64,000 nucleotides of DNA from the NCBI GenBank assembly GCA_017499595.2, contig CM038999.1, positions 2,604,001-2,668,000 on the forward strand, given 5' to 3'. This document shows, piece after piece, positions 37,780-50,935 of this stretch; within the stretch, counting starts at the first letter, position 1; each line of letters begins with the position of its first letter. Below the pieces are notes generated by a model. The model was not told the DNA's origin. It searched no databases and saw only the letters and a list, made by a program, of their open reading frames with translations. The position numbers and the translations under genes were made by a program. The stretch is from Psilocybe cubensis (Eukaryota).

Positions 37780-40700
37780 TTAACCGCCTCTTCGGAAAGG
37801 TGTAATTTTAGACGTTGCGGACTTGTCTACACGATCTTCGTGCCGTGGCCCACCTGACTCCGTTGTTCGACCCTCGCGAAGATGGGAGGAATTACGATCC
37901 ATTCCTGAGCGATGTTGCAATGTGCGAGTATCTTCCATATAGCGCCGAGGTGTGTTGTGCAGTAAACCCATTTGATGTGTGTGCGAATTGGCGCCTGGTG
38001 GAAAGAGCGTCCTGCGGTTGAATGAACTACGCTCCTTCCTACCAATATGTGTGGGAGCGGGGAAAGGTTCAGGTAACCCTTGATCTTTTCCAGATGAATA
38101 GAAGATCCTTGGACGCCAGGCTTCTCGCTCGTCCATGATGCCCGAATTTTTAAACTTTTCAATGAGAGCTTCTTTGCCCCTGAGAAGATGTCGGAAAGAG
38201 GGGTGGATTTAACAATTGGGCGAACTTACTGGTAAGTAGCATAGCTCATCTGGAGAACTTTCTCGCTCGAGAACATGTTCCTGTTTAACAACGGTAAGAA
38301 AGTTGCATAGAATGCTTGCAGACAAGTACTCACCACTTTTGTCCAAGGCGTTCATTTGCAAAATGAAGCAAATCTTCGACGGAAATAAAATTTACGAATG
38401 CATATCCCATATTACATTCTGCTCTAGATGTAAGAATGCCGTAGAATTGTATGTCAGGGAAAGCTCACTATTTTTGAAGTCCATACGTAGATAGAGAAAA
38501 TCGATCCTCCTTGGACAGACTTTGGCTATATACGAAGTAAGATCAACGTCGCTCATTTTGTTCGGGATGTTCTTGATCATAACAGTCGTTCGGGTGTCCC
38601 CACCCTCCGCTATTTTTGCAAGATTAAGCTGGTGCTTATCCGTTTGCCCCGAAACTGGATTGGCGCCCGTGGAAGACATCGATTCATGACTGACTAGAGA
38701 GCGCGAGAATTGGCTTTCTGTACGTTCGGGTTCTGGCGTCGACTCAGAGATATGAGCAAATGGCGGTGGCGACACTGGGGGTTCAATATCACGTTCAATG
38801 ACATTTGACAGGTGCTGTTGACGGAGAGAAACATCGGAAGAATGACCACGACGAGTAGCAGGGTGATATTGTCTAGGTGTAGGTAAATAGGCTTCGTCCT
38901 GCATGTAATACGGCACAGGGGATAACCCATGCATGGCGACGAGAGGCATAAAGGCGGCAGGTCCAGGTGCCACTCCTGGTATTGCAGGATCAACAACCCA
39001 AGGTGAAACGCTGGGCATGGCTTGGATTTGAGGGTCCATATACTCGTAAGGAAAGAAAGGGGGGGGAGGAGACATTGGAGAATTAATCACGGTAGGGATA
39101 GGAGACGCCGCAATGCTTGGATAGTAAACAGGAGACGGCGTTGGGGGTACAACATATGGATGATAGCTTTGATTATTGACGACAGGTCTGGTTGACGGAC
39201 AATACCAACAAGCTCCATCATAGCACGCTGTGAGCGAAGACGGATGTCCAGCAAATGATTCTGGAATGTAAGCTGGATGGCTTGTGGTGTTGACAAATTG
39301 TGTGTTATAGAAGTATTGTGGAGATGATGATTCTCTTCCAGGGACGGGATTGGGGTTTTGATAAATGATATCCTGGACTTCGCGTTCTTTGGACAGGTTT
39401 CCGTTAGCAGGAGGAAAGTTGAAGCGCTGACGGATGTTTGACTTAGAACCTGCTGATCCAAAGTTCAAGTCACCGAATGATTCTCCCGCACTCGGAGTAT
39501 TTGAGAATGGTGTGGTGCGCAATAAAGTATTTGAATTCGATTGTTGGTCAGGATTCGGAGAGCTGTTTTTGCGGAGCGTACTAAATTTCATTCCGAGCAC
39601 AGTTTGATTCGACAATTCTTTACAGGCAATCGATGCCACTCTGGAATCGTGATATTCTACAGTATAGAAGAAGGAGATATGCTGAAAACAGATTGAGAAA
39701 CTATACACCACCGTGAAGATAAATAAGCACTTACACCGTCCTTGTCTTCATGTTGGCGGATAAATTTGAATGAACGGACAGAGCCAATAGATTTTAGAAC
39801 ATTTTGGATAGTGCGAACATTAATGCCTTCGCGCAAATTGGCACTGGCAGAGGATTCTGCAGTAAGATCCTTTTCCAATGCTTGGGTTGTATTCTCATGG
39901 AACGCGACATCGACTTTGTCCTTTTGCACTACCAAAGTAAATTGTCCATCGACGGAGTCTAAGAACGTGGAGTAACCCATTGACTGAAAATACGTGAATG
40001 AAAGTATTCAAACAAGAGCTTTCATATGGCATACCTCTGTTAGTTCTTCCAACGTAACAAACCTACCCGACAGCCCAAGTCGGTGACCGTTCTTGTCCAC
40101 CACCTTGTCAATACATTGAGACAAACGATCACAATCAGTGACGGTGAGCAATTCTTTGGCCAACTTTGCCATGCGAACGTCGAAAAACACGACGGGGATG
40201 ATACCCTTCGATGCCAAATGACGCTCGTTGATGCCTTTCAAAAATTCATCTGGGGGAAAAGGATGTGCTGCCCTTTCCTTAATAACATCCTCGCCCACTT
40301 TCTTCTCTGCGATGGCCGAATGAATTATATCGACGATTGCTAACTTCAAATCCTCAGCAAAAAGATGGCGGTTCACATTTCCGAGCTAGAGATTTACTTG
40401 TAAGCCAAGAATTTTTCAACGATTCTGAGGGAGAAAAAAATTGTACCAGTAAGACTCGCGTGCTTTCTTCGTCAAGATCAAATATTTCTTCGTCGTAATG
40501 AGTGTCGTCAGAGCACAGCACCTGCCTTGCGTCGTAACTGGTGGAGTCACTGGTGGTCGTTCGGATGCTTGACGACGGGGTCAGTGGAGGTGTTAAAAGT
40601 GAGTGTGGTTGGTCGCGCTCAGTACGGCGTCTAGCGTGGGTTTTCAACGAGATCGAAGAATTTTCACTATGTGCTGGGCCCAGAGACGCGTACTTTACGT

Positions 40701-40803
40701 GTCGTGGACGAACAGTCTTGTCGACAGAGTCATCGGCAGAATCCATTCTAGGAGAGGGCGGAGCAGATGGTCTACACCTAAAAGATTGTGCTATTGCCGA
40801 CAT
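37780..40803 (-). CDS. Mei2-like RNA-binding protein (C-terminal RRM_2 domain)
   Basis: DTRTTVMIKNIPNK..IDFLYLRMDFKN-KCNMGYAFVNF..SEKVLQMSYA..GKEALIEKFKNSGIMDEREAWRPRIFYS; degenerate N-terminal RRMs (VFFDVRMA, VEYHDSR). Confidence 0.9.
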
Positions 40804-41976
40804 TCCTTTCGCGTCAAGTCCAGTATGAGAATAAGATGGAAAACTATTCAGAAAAAGGTCAACCAGATGCTTTGGATGCTTGAAGGGAAAGAGCAAAAGG
40901 GAGCGGCGACTCACAAAATATTGGGAAGGGAAGGAGAATGCTGTATCTTGGAATGCACTGGCGAAGGATTACTGATTTTGCGTAGGTCTGGGCGATCTAT
41001 GCTTGATCGTAGTTTTGGGGTGTCAGACATGAGAACGAAGGGTAGAAGCGCTAGAGCAGGGAAAGGACAAGAAGAAATGTCGAAAGGGAGGAGACAGTGA
41101 TGAACGGTGAAAAGAACTGGATTTTGGCCGATTAAGGTGGTTAATTGACGTCAAACACGCCCGGAAATGCATATATGAGAGGATACCGATATTAGAAACC
41201 TTCCGACTCCAGATACGCAAATATTCGCGGATCTGGAAGACTGGGATTCTGATGGTCGGCCTTGTTGTCAGGCAGATAAAAAGTAAAAAAGACAGGCAGT
41301 GAATTTGTTGCAGCCTTTACTTGTAGCCTAGATCTCTTTTTACGGCCCGCAAAAGAAGGGTGCTTTTTAGAGTTGCGGCGCATTGTGTGTGTATGTCTTT
41401 TTGGAGACGACAAGAAAATGGTTGCTGGTGGATTAAAGGTATGTAAGACATGAAAAATGGCAACCTTGCACACTCGTAAAGGAGAAGGATCAGCATCGAC
41501 GAGAACCTGGGCGGGACAACGATGGGCGTTAGGTACTGCAAAGGGGATGAAAAGAAGTTGCTTACACGTCACTGATAACCCATTTTGGCACGCCTCGTTC
41601 CCTTTCCTACACACCGGAGAAGTCATGGGGGACGTCCATCGACGCGGGCCCATGCGACACAGAAAAAAACTTAACCTTGCCTGCGAGCCGAATAAAGGGG
41701 AATCGAATTTTATGTTACAAACATGATCAGCCAAAGGCAAGGGCTCTCCATTGGAACTCGTCACTCCATATCTGAATCGGAACCGCTTCGCAGAGCGACA
41801 TGTCGAAACCGCAATGACCGCCGGAGACAGCACGCTTCGAGACCGGAAGAACACAAGAACACATCTTAGTTATTTGTGCCAAAAAGGCGTTTAGCGCGCG
41901 CTGGTCACGTGATCGTCATGCCATTACCAGCTTTTTTCCATGTCGCCGTGTTACTCCCTGCTCATATCCAAGCACG

Positions 41977-42452
41977 ATGCCTCTCTACGAGATGTTGTGC
42001 ATCACCAGTCACATTCCAACCTATGTGAGTCCGTGTCCCGCCTTGCGACCCCTTCTTTGACTTTGCTTCCAGAAACATATCCGTGAATTAGTTGGTCAAG
42101 CCGCTATGCATATCATGAACAACGGAGGTGTCGTTCGAAACATCAACTCTTGGGGCACCAAGACCTTGCCTCAAAGAATGAAGCGTCATGGATCACCTCA
42201 ATCTGCTGGAGAGTGCGTGCATGCAGTTCTGTCTCTTTCAGTCGATGCATTTACCGTTCATGTAGCTACTGGACGCTTCACTTCGACTCTAGTCCCAGGA
42301 CGCTGAGGTCTCTAAATGGAATCATGCGAAGTGATCCTCGTGTGCTGCGATGGACGGTGCTGAAACTTGCAGACAGAGTAGAGGATCTTTCTATCAAAGG
42401 GGAGAAGGTTATACTGCCACATAAACCTACCGTTCAAGACATTATTGATTAA
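41977..42452 (+). CDS. MRP17: Mitochondrial ribosomal protein bS6m
   Basis: MPLYEMLCI..NGGVVRNINSWG..LPQRMKRH..YWTLHFDSSP..DPRVLRWTVLKL; three exons. Confidence 0.88.
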
Positions 42453-42614
42453 TGGGAGCTCGAAAATACTCAACTTCAACCTTGCCCCACTCTTCGGCCT
42501 CAAAATTGTCCAATGAATGCCTCTCTTTGATCATCATCTACACACCTCTTCCTCCTAGATCTCTGATGGACCGACTTATTCTATTGCCAAATGTACTTTA
42601 TAACGCTTTCTACA

Positions 42615-43683
42615 TCATACCTCCCCTGTTTGTATCCAGTTAATAACTCCACCTAAAGAACTGATTGTCTGGATTCCCTTGAGGTCCTCTCCATGTTCCT
42701 TGTGTTCTTGCTCTCCATCTGCTCCAGTTCTACGCAACAGCAGTGCGTGCCAACCTACGTTTGATGCTCCTTGGTAATCACTAGTCCCAACTCACTCGTT
42801 ATTCTGATTAACAGATTTTGCTCACTTACGATACAAGTTCGTCTCCGACATGCAAGCACTGGCTTGGTCTGATGCTACCTTCATGTTCCACTATGTTTTG
42901 ATTGACCATTTGCAACGTCCTCTCAAAAATCTTGGGAGAGGGCTTTTCAACCCCTTCTTCTTCACTCAGAATAATTGCATCGAACAAAGTTGTCAAGTTT
43001 AAACTCTCTAGAACGCTGCCTAATAATTTTGAATTACTCAAATCCAAAACATCTACGTACGATTTCGACGCAAACTTACGAAGTCTGGTATCACCGTTGC
43101 TGATGATTGCTGTTTTGATGTCGGTCTGCTCTCGGAGGCGCGAAACTGTCCATGATGTCAAGATCAATGTCACAGACCTGTAGAGCAACACAGAAGGACA
43201 CCAACTGACTGGTTGTAAGAGTGTCTTCAAAAACCTTGTAGCCTTCGTCTGAGCTGAAGCGCTTCATCAGTTTTCGCGTGATTTCAGCCAAGTGAGCGTC
43301 GAGAGCTGAATCAATGCTTAGCTGTTTCGCCGTCAAAAAGTTATATCGGCTCGCCTTTTTCGTCGGCCCCTGCGCCAATCGCAGTGCGTCGAATGACATC
43401 TTGCCACCAATTTTGAGCTCCTTTGTTATAGAAAGGATGCTCTTTCTGCACACACTTCAAGGCTGCGAAACGTTCATGGTGTAGTTAAGTGCTAATTAAC
43501 GGCCTAAGGAACACTAGACATACCAACTCGGAATGACTGTTTGATTTTGGTTGGATCGAGGTCGCCAACGTACGGGGAGAACACCCTCGAATATTGTTCA
43601 TGAATAGGCAGTCGGGGTGTAATTATGGTATGCAAGGCATCGAAAGTAACCAGCTTCACTAATTTTTTTGGGCGCCTGAGCAT
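42615..43683 (-). CDS. HAD-superfamily hydrolase (HDHD3-like)
   Basis: LVTFDALHTII, IISNGDTR, SEEEGVEKPSPKIF, LHVGDEL..DYQGASNVGWHALLL. Confidence 0.88.
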
Positions 43684-43847
43684 ACGGACCTTCAATTTGG
43701 TGGTGATGATCGTTGACTTTTAAGCGTTAAATATAGCAAGCCTTACCAGTAATGAGCTATATTAGCGGCCCGATTTGCCGCGGTGTGGTTGCCGGTAAAC
43801 AACTTCAGGTCAGTTAGCTTGAATTGGCTTTCTACTGGCACCGTACT

Positions 43848-46846
43848 ATGCGAGCCTTCACATGGATATGGCTTGCTCTTGGATCTCTTTTGGCAAATGT
43901 CGATGCGCTCTCTATTTCTGGTGACCCTTGTGCTGCTATTGCTGGCAAGAAGTGGGTTCTTCCAAAGGAAGCTCGCGCATGCTTGAGCTCGTTTCCTCTG
44001 GACCCCCTGATTAAAGCAAATGTCAGTTTACAGTTTTTTTTTTCTCAAAAAGTATCCTTGAGAGTTGAACTTGTTCATTTTAGGTTCTTGAAGTCGTCAG
44101 TAAAACTCTTGCTTTCCACACATCAACCAATTACCAGATCCAAGCACCACCACCTTTTGATAACGACGTGCACGAGGACCTCGTAGCGGACTTGGAGCGA
44201 ATAAGGGCCCAAGCCTATGCTTCAGAGTTTGATTTCCATAAGGATATTTACTATTCGTTCAAACGCGTCAACGACGGGCATTGTGGCGTTTACAACTATT
44301 GCTATGATTGTGAGCATTCAAATTTCTAGGGCACAGCACCCAAAAGGTTAAAGTTAATCTGATGTTGCCTTTGTAGCGTTATATGTCACATATCTACCGT
44401 TGCCTCTGGTGCTTTTGACTGCTGGTGATGGATCTCAAAACGTTCATATTGCGCCCGAGGCGTTTAGAGTTGCCTCTGCAGAGTTTAAGGATGGAATTGA
44501 TTTCTGGCAAGAGACCCTTCCCGGGCATCTGAAAGGACAGCTTGCATCTGTGCATCGTTTCCTTTACGGCGGAGGGTTGGTCACTGATTTGGAATGCATA
44601 TTCAGCTTTCTGGAGCCAAAGTGTTTCTGATTGACGGAAAGGATCCATTTGTCGCCGTCAACGAATCCGCTAACACAATGGGTGGGTCTCAATCCTTTGG
44701 CACCCGGCAAAATTCGTACGTATCCGGTAATTTGAATTATATGCAAGCTGACAGAAGCTTTACTTACACCTAGATTTTTTGCAAGCTACTCTCGTGGGGC
44801 ATCAGGATGGCAGTACTCTATGGGGAATTTTGCGACTAAGGCACACCCCCTCGTTGATTCCGTTGAACTTACTGTGCAGCGTGTAAATCACACGACGAAC
44901 GATACATTTACCGTGCGCAGTTTAATTCGACACTTTTCTTTGCTATGTCTCCTTATGCTCTTTGTAGATCCCATATCGGTCGCGGTTTGGTTCGGCTTCA
45001 CGGGAATTCGTCGACTCAGTATCATATCGGGCCAATAATTGTGTTGCTACCAACACCACCAATGGCGTTGATTTGTATAGTGACAGTATCTCTGCACAAG
45101 CATACCAGGATTCGACGCCACCTATCTCCTTTTTCCAGCAGCAGCCATCGGTCAACCCCGAAGAATCGAAAAAGCTACCCATGAACGTTGTATTAGACGG
45201 ATTGTCTCTTACCGATATCGATCTTCCAGAACATCTGCAACCCAGTCTTCCCTCTCTGAATCAAAGTTACAGTGTTGCACAGTTTTACATATTGAACGAC
45301 AATCTTACCGGTGTCCTGGCCCTTGGGAGTTTCTCGGCAAAGAACTTTACTCTTTTTGGCGCAAGTTTATTGGAGGGATTGTTAGAACTCAAAGCAGCCG
45401 GAGTCAAACGACTCATCGTTGATGTGGTATGCTTATACTTATTTTCAATCTTTCATGGCCATTGACTGCTCATATGTTATTCGTAGACTAACAATGGCGG
45501 AGGTGTGTACATACCTTTTCGGCCAACGCATGGCTAACAACAGTCTGTATCATCATTCATCCGTAGGCTATATATGCATCGCGCACGTAAGTAGGGTAAA
45601 CCATTGCTATCTGATAACAATAACATCTAATTGCCGTTACTTTTACAGTGGCTTCATCGTATCGTGCGTCCAGAATATTCTCCGAAAGAAACACGCCTTC
45701 AATTTGAAAGCTAGATTATAGGCCCAAAGGACTCCACGGAACCTCAAGCTGGTCTTGACTCTGCTGCTCGTAGTGGACCTCTTGCCCAATTAATTGTGCA
45801 AAGAATTGCCGATGGTGCTGACCCCAAAGATATGCTGATTTATAGCCCCACACAGTGGAGCAACGCTTCCCACCATCAGTTTCCACCACAAGAAAACTGG
45901 CTCAAACCGACCAACGTGGTCATTAATGGTCACAATGACTCATTCAGTCAAAGGTCAATATCCCTATTGGCCTAGTGACATTACCCGTGCTTATGACACA
46001 AGAACAGGCTAGGACAAGAATGCCAACCATTTGAATGGGCTGCTCCTGACTATGCTCTTTTCGACCCACAAAATATTTTGATTGTTTCTAACGGAAAGTA
46101 ATTGCTTACATTTCATCAAGTTGAAGCCAAAGTTGTTGATGTACATCGAATAGATGTGGCAGCTCGTGTTCATTATTTAGTGTATGTATCCCTGCGCCTT
46201 ATTCTAGCTAGTACTTCGACCTAACACTATCTCAACAGATTACCATGGCAAAATTGGAGGGTGTCAGAACTGTTGTATTCGGAGGAAAGGCGGATGTTCG
46301 GCAACAGTATTGCGGCACAGTTGGGGGCCAATCGTTAGGTTTCTCTTCCATCGACACTGATATCAAGGTATTCTTCTTTCGAAGGACAATTACTCTCGCT
46401 CTCAGTTTTTTACTATGGCAAATTTTTTAGTCGACTAAACTTAAGAACCACACCCTGGCACCACCAGATTTGTGAGTACCATGTCAACTTAAATACGCAA
46501 ATCTTAATAACATTGTATCTAGCCTGACAAATAGCGTACAAGGTATCACCTGGAGGCTTGGATACGGCATTGAAGACCGAAACGCTCCAGAAGGTGCGTG
46601 CAAACATTCGTTTGCTCACCAATGAACACGCTGACCGTTTAGTAGAATGGCAAAGCCACTACGCAAATATCAGCATTCCCCTTACCTTTGAAACGTGAGT
46701 TGCCATGAGAATGAGATCGGTAAGATAGTCAAACTATGCTTTTCAGAGTCAACAATCCTGTGGCAATCTGGGAACACATTGCAAGGAAGCATTTCGCGGA
46801 ACAACTCTCCTTTGTGCTGCAAACGAATCCGTTGGATATACAATGA
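43848..46846 (+). CDS. Secreted fungal peptidase S41-family protein, highly fragmented by introns
   Basis: Signal peptide MRAFTWIWLALGSLLANVDA; FKRVNDGHC; LIVDV-TNNGGGYIC; IVSNG-CGSSCSLFS; VRTVVFGG; stop TGA at 46844-46. Confidence 0.85.
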
Positions 46847-46963
46847 TTATTTGTATTACATCGCTCTGGTGGTTTATTTTCGTGGGGTGATATACTAGAA
46901 GCAGTGTTCTACATGAAGAAGATGGTAGTAACATGAATATGGATATTGAGAATTGCTAGCTGA

Positions 46964-49900
46964 TCACTCATCCTCTTCGACGTCGCCGAACTCGAACATA
47001 CCAGCGCGGTCGCGTTTGGCCTCTGCGACAGACAATTGCAATTTTTTAAGGACCTGAGGGTACGAGGAGAAATACTTGCAACCCCTTTTGTCAATCGAGG
47101 CCAGCCCTTCGGCAACCAGATCTGCATTAATGCAGGCCAAAGGATCTTCGGCAACCGCAGGGTTTGAGGGGTCAATAAGGCGAAGATGCAGAAGAGGACC
47201 CTCTTTGTAGTCAATATTGGCGACCAATTTACGGCCCTCGCAAATTGTTCGGAAGCGCTCCACAGCCTCGACGTGGTAATCACTCTCGGGGCCAGCGAGC
47301 TTCACGAAACTAAAAAAAGGTACCAGATGAGATCAACGTCAAGGCCATGAGAAAAAATTTACCTCAAGCGTGCATCCTGGGCCTGCCCTGGCAATGAACG
47401 GAATTGTGCATCGAGGGGACGGATATCAGAGAAGGCCACGGTATCTTGGTTGCCGTAGTCGATAAAGGTGACTTCAGCCTCCTTTTTTATGGGAGAGGCA
47501 CGACGAATTTTTGCCCGGTACCAAGCCCCGTCAGAGAATTTTGCAGACACAAGGTCTCCCCCTTTAGGTGAAAAACCTGGAGGAGATGCAACTGCACCAC
47601 GGTGGTGGATGGAAAACTCTCGCATGAGTTTTTCAAGAGCGGCAATACCTTTTGGGATAACTGAATTAGAATCTAAAACAGACTACAAAGCCGCACAAGA
47701 GTACCTTGAGTATTCAGTACTTGAACGGAGAATTGGAAGCCATTTTTTGTTCGAACATCGCTAACGATCACATCCAAGTACTCAGTTTTTAGGGGGCCTG
47801 ATTCGTTCTCGGCCGCAGCGGCTGCTTCTGCAGCTTTGGATGACTCCTCATCATAAGTACTCCAGATCTATTAAGACAATAAGCAATTGTCATATGAAGT
47901 GACATTTTGAACCTACATTGCGTCTTGCTTGCTTAGCCTCTTCCTATATAAGTCATAAACATAACGCCGCGTTGAGATAAGAAATAATCTGACCTCAGCT
48001 TCGAATAGCTGACGAGCCCATGGCAGGGATTCAGCGGAAAAGGCATGAATTGTGGCAAGGCCTTCCTTGACAAGTGTCAGAGCGACATTTTCAGTTTTGT
48101 TCACATATAGTGAACCAATGAACCCTCCGGATTTATCGATGGTATCAACTTCAAATTCAACATCTCTCTGCATGTACCTGCGAGAAGCAAAGTCATAAGC
48201 TTCAGCGCCGTAAGGCTCTCCCTTTTCAGACGAGTTGCGCGCCGTTCGAGGTGCACGGATGCCTGAATAACCTTTAGCAAATGGACGACTAATGCATTAC
48301 ATCAAATAGAGACTTGCCCGCAAGAACTAAAGTGAGAGTTTGGTTATCTTTTGGCAAAAATATCCTGTTGAGTCAATCAGATGGGATTCATAATCGATAT
48401 CGAGAAAGAGATGCACTTGAACCGAGAACCAGCTGCAACATAGTCGACAACTGCCGGGATTCGTCCTAGGCGCTTGAAGCCATTCAAGAATTGGGTCGCA
48501 CGGCCACTTGTCTATATAGCGCAGTAAGTATAGTCAAATACATGTATGTATCATAGAGAGCAAACCTCAGATATATTCAAGGGTTGTTTTGGTGCCGGAA
48601 CCTCCTTTCCAGAATGAATCCCCCTTTGTTCTGTTACAGCTCTGTATCAAAAGAACTCAACTTTAATACAACGGATGAACGAAATGAAGGAAGCTTACAT
48701 CTGTTCGGCGGCCATGAGTTTGTCGTAATCTGAAGACCTATCCTCATCGTCGCGCTTGTGTCTCACCACGCTCGCCAGACCTTTTTCGACTAACTGTTCC
48801 GCAATGTTTCTGGATCATGCCAGGACCGTTAATGAGCATTTTTTGCATTAGCGAAGTTGTAACAGAATACTCACGCCCCATGACCACCGTACCGAATTGT
48901 TGCGCACTCGCGCTCCTCGAATTCACCTTCACGGGGTCGAATAAAGTCGATGTGGACTTTGACATTTTTTCCAATGAGCTTTTTGCGCAAGAACTCGCGG
49001 GCTTCCTGGGCATAAAAAGCTTGTCGCGCGTCAGCAAGTCTACAGATCGATGTCAGATGAGAGGAATAATTTTATGGCAACATATGCAGTACTTTGGTCC
49101 TCTAGTAGAGCTCAATTGAAGGCGGCGTTCAATATTTGTATCCTTTTCGAGAACAGAAAGCTGGTCTCCGCTCCAGATGCGGACAACAGTCGCATCGAAT
49201 GTACGAGAGTGGCCGTTAGAAGTCGCACCATTGCTTCCTTTAAAGGCTGAAGTTACAGCTGGGCTATTTGCGTACAGGCATAGGCGTCGTTCTTTAGCGG
49301 ACCGTTCCGCCGCTCGCAAGCGCTCCATACCACCACCGATCGCGAGCATGCCAGCATGCCAGTCAACCACACGAGCCAAACCAGAGGCAACCAGATGTTC
49401 AGCAACATTGCCGGCGGGATGAATAACTAGAAATATCAAACCAGATGCGAGTTGTTGCGTTGGAGAATGACTAACCTGTTCCAATAAATATGCTAGCAGG
49501 AGGGGGAGCCGCTGCGGTGGCAGATGTTTGGAAAGGTGTAGCAGTCGAAGTCGGTAGAGATAGAATTTGGACTTTGACAGGGCGGTGAAGTAGTCGCGAT
49601 TCAGTGAAGAATTTAGCCTAGACAATGGTCAACAGTGAGTGCAAGAATTGATGGCTATCAACTTACTTCTTCGCCCCATGGCTCGGAAGGCTCTCCTTGT
49701 TTTGAAGAAGCACGGGCACTCCTTACACCAGCCAGTGCTATGTTAACCATCTGGTGGTCACCATCCGGCATAAATAGGCGTACGCGCAGGGTTGTCCCAT
49801 CCCTGACTTGCTCAACGAGAGCTAAACCGACGTACAAGATTGAGATAGGGTCAAGTGGCAGATTATAGAATATTACCGTCTAATTGCTTTCCTTTCCATT

Positions 49901-50694
49901 CTGTCACAAATGCTTGGGAGTCAGTCGGCATGGCATGGTGGACAGTTCGTGCCTAAAATGGTACGCAATCATATATCAATATACAACATTCAGATAATCG
50001 CCAGAAGGATATCCACCTTTTGTCCATGGGGGTTCCAGATTCCTTTACCAGAAGCTTTGGCCTCGGCTTCGAGCTCCTTTTTCTTAATGTCGTCTTCAGT
50101 CGCCTCTCGTTTGATTTCCTTCAGCTTGGCCCAGCCACTTTTCAGGAGTTCTGTTGTTAAATCAACTCCACCGATCTCGGCATTACCAAGGTCGCGAGGA
50201 ATGTCATCGTTAGTTGGGAGCGAATGGATCGAGGTGAATGTTATTTCTTTGCCCACGGCGAGCTGACGGAGAAATTCACGAGATTCGAATGCCCATGGCT
50301 ACAAAAAGTCTTTCAATGAGAAATAAAAGTTAAAATGGCAGAACTTACTTCATCTTCGCGGGTCGCCGTTCCAATCCGGGGCGCGGACAAATCAGCAAGA
50401 TGGAGCACCCTATGTGATATATTTTAATCTCTTTATATGTATGTGATCACGACGAAAGTTTGGCTTACCGTTCTTTAGGGGGTTGGCCTTGTGGGCCAGG
50501 GCGACCACGCAATATAAGCGAGTCACCGGAAAGAGCAGCTTAAAGATCACAAATGAGCGTTTCAACAAGGCTATAAACGCCAGATACAATTACATTTCAC
50601 GATCTGTACGTGTACAAGAAATCATAGTAAACGTCAGCGAAAAAATAACTTTAAGTGTATTGGACGTGGAAGAGCTAACCGCTTTCATGGACAT
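46964..50694 (-). CDS. SND1: Tudor staphylococcal nuclease (Tudor-SN)
   Basis: [20 protein letters not shown]; repeated SNase domains ([30 protein letters not shown]); Tudor [20 protein letters not shown]-terminal [12 protein letters not shown]. Confidence 0.95.
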
Positions 50695-50839
50695 GATGAT
50701 AGTGGTTTTCGGGAAAGTAAAAGACAAAACAGCCAAATGAAATCAAGAACAGGAGAGAGTTGAGATATTTTGCCAGCACTCAACCGTGGCTGGTAAATCG
50801 TGTGCACCGATTACCCGACCACGTGGCCATTTGAGGTGA

Positions 50840-50845
50840 ACGCGT
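50840..50845. promoter_or_regulatory. MCB element in the short bidirectional SND1/rad9 promoter
   Basis: ACGCGT about 90 nt upstream of the rad9 ATG; CACGTG at 50820-25. Confidence 0.45.
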
Positions 50846-50935
50846 CTATGCAGATAAGATAAGATCATCGATCGTGACTGGTTCAACACCCAAACCTACC
50901 TACGACTTGAAACGTTTTGCAGGTTGACAAGAACA

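Noticed and set aside
41192-41854. 220-aa ORF upstream of the Mei2-like gene
   Set aside because: Non-ATG start and no motifs; probably a chance ORF in promoter/leader sequence
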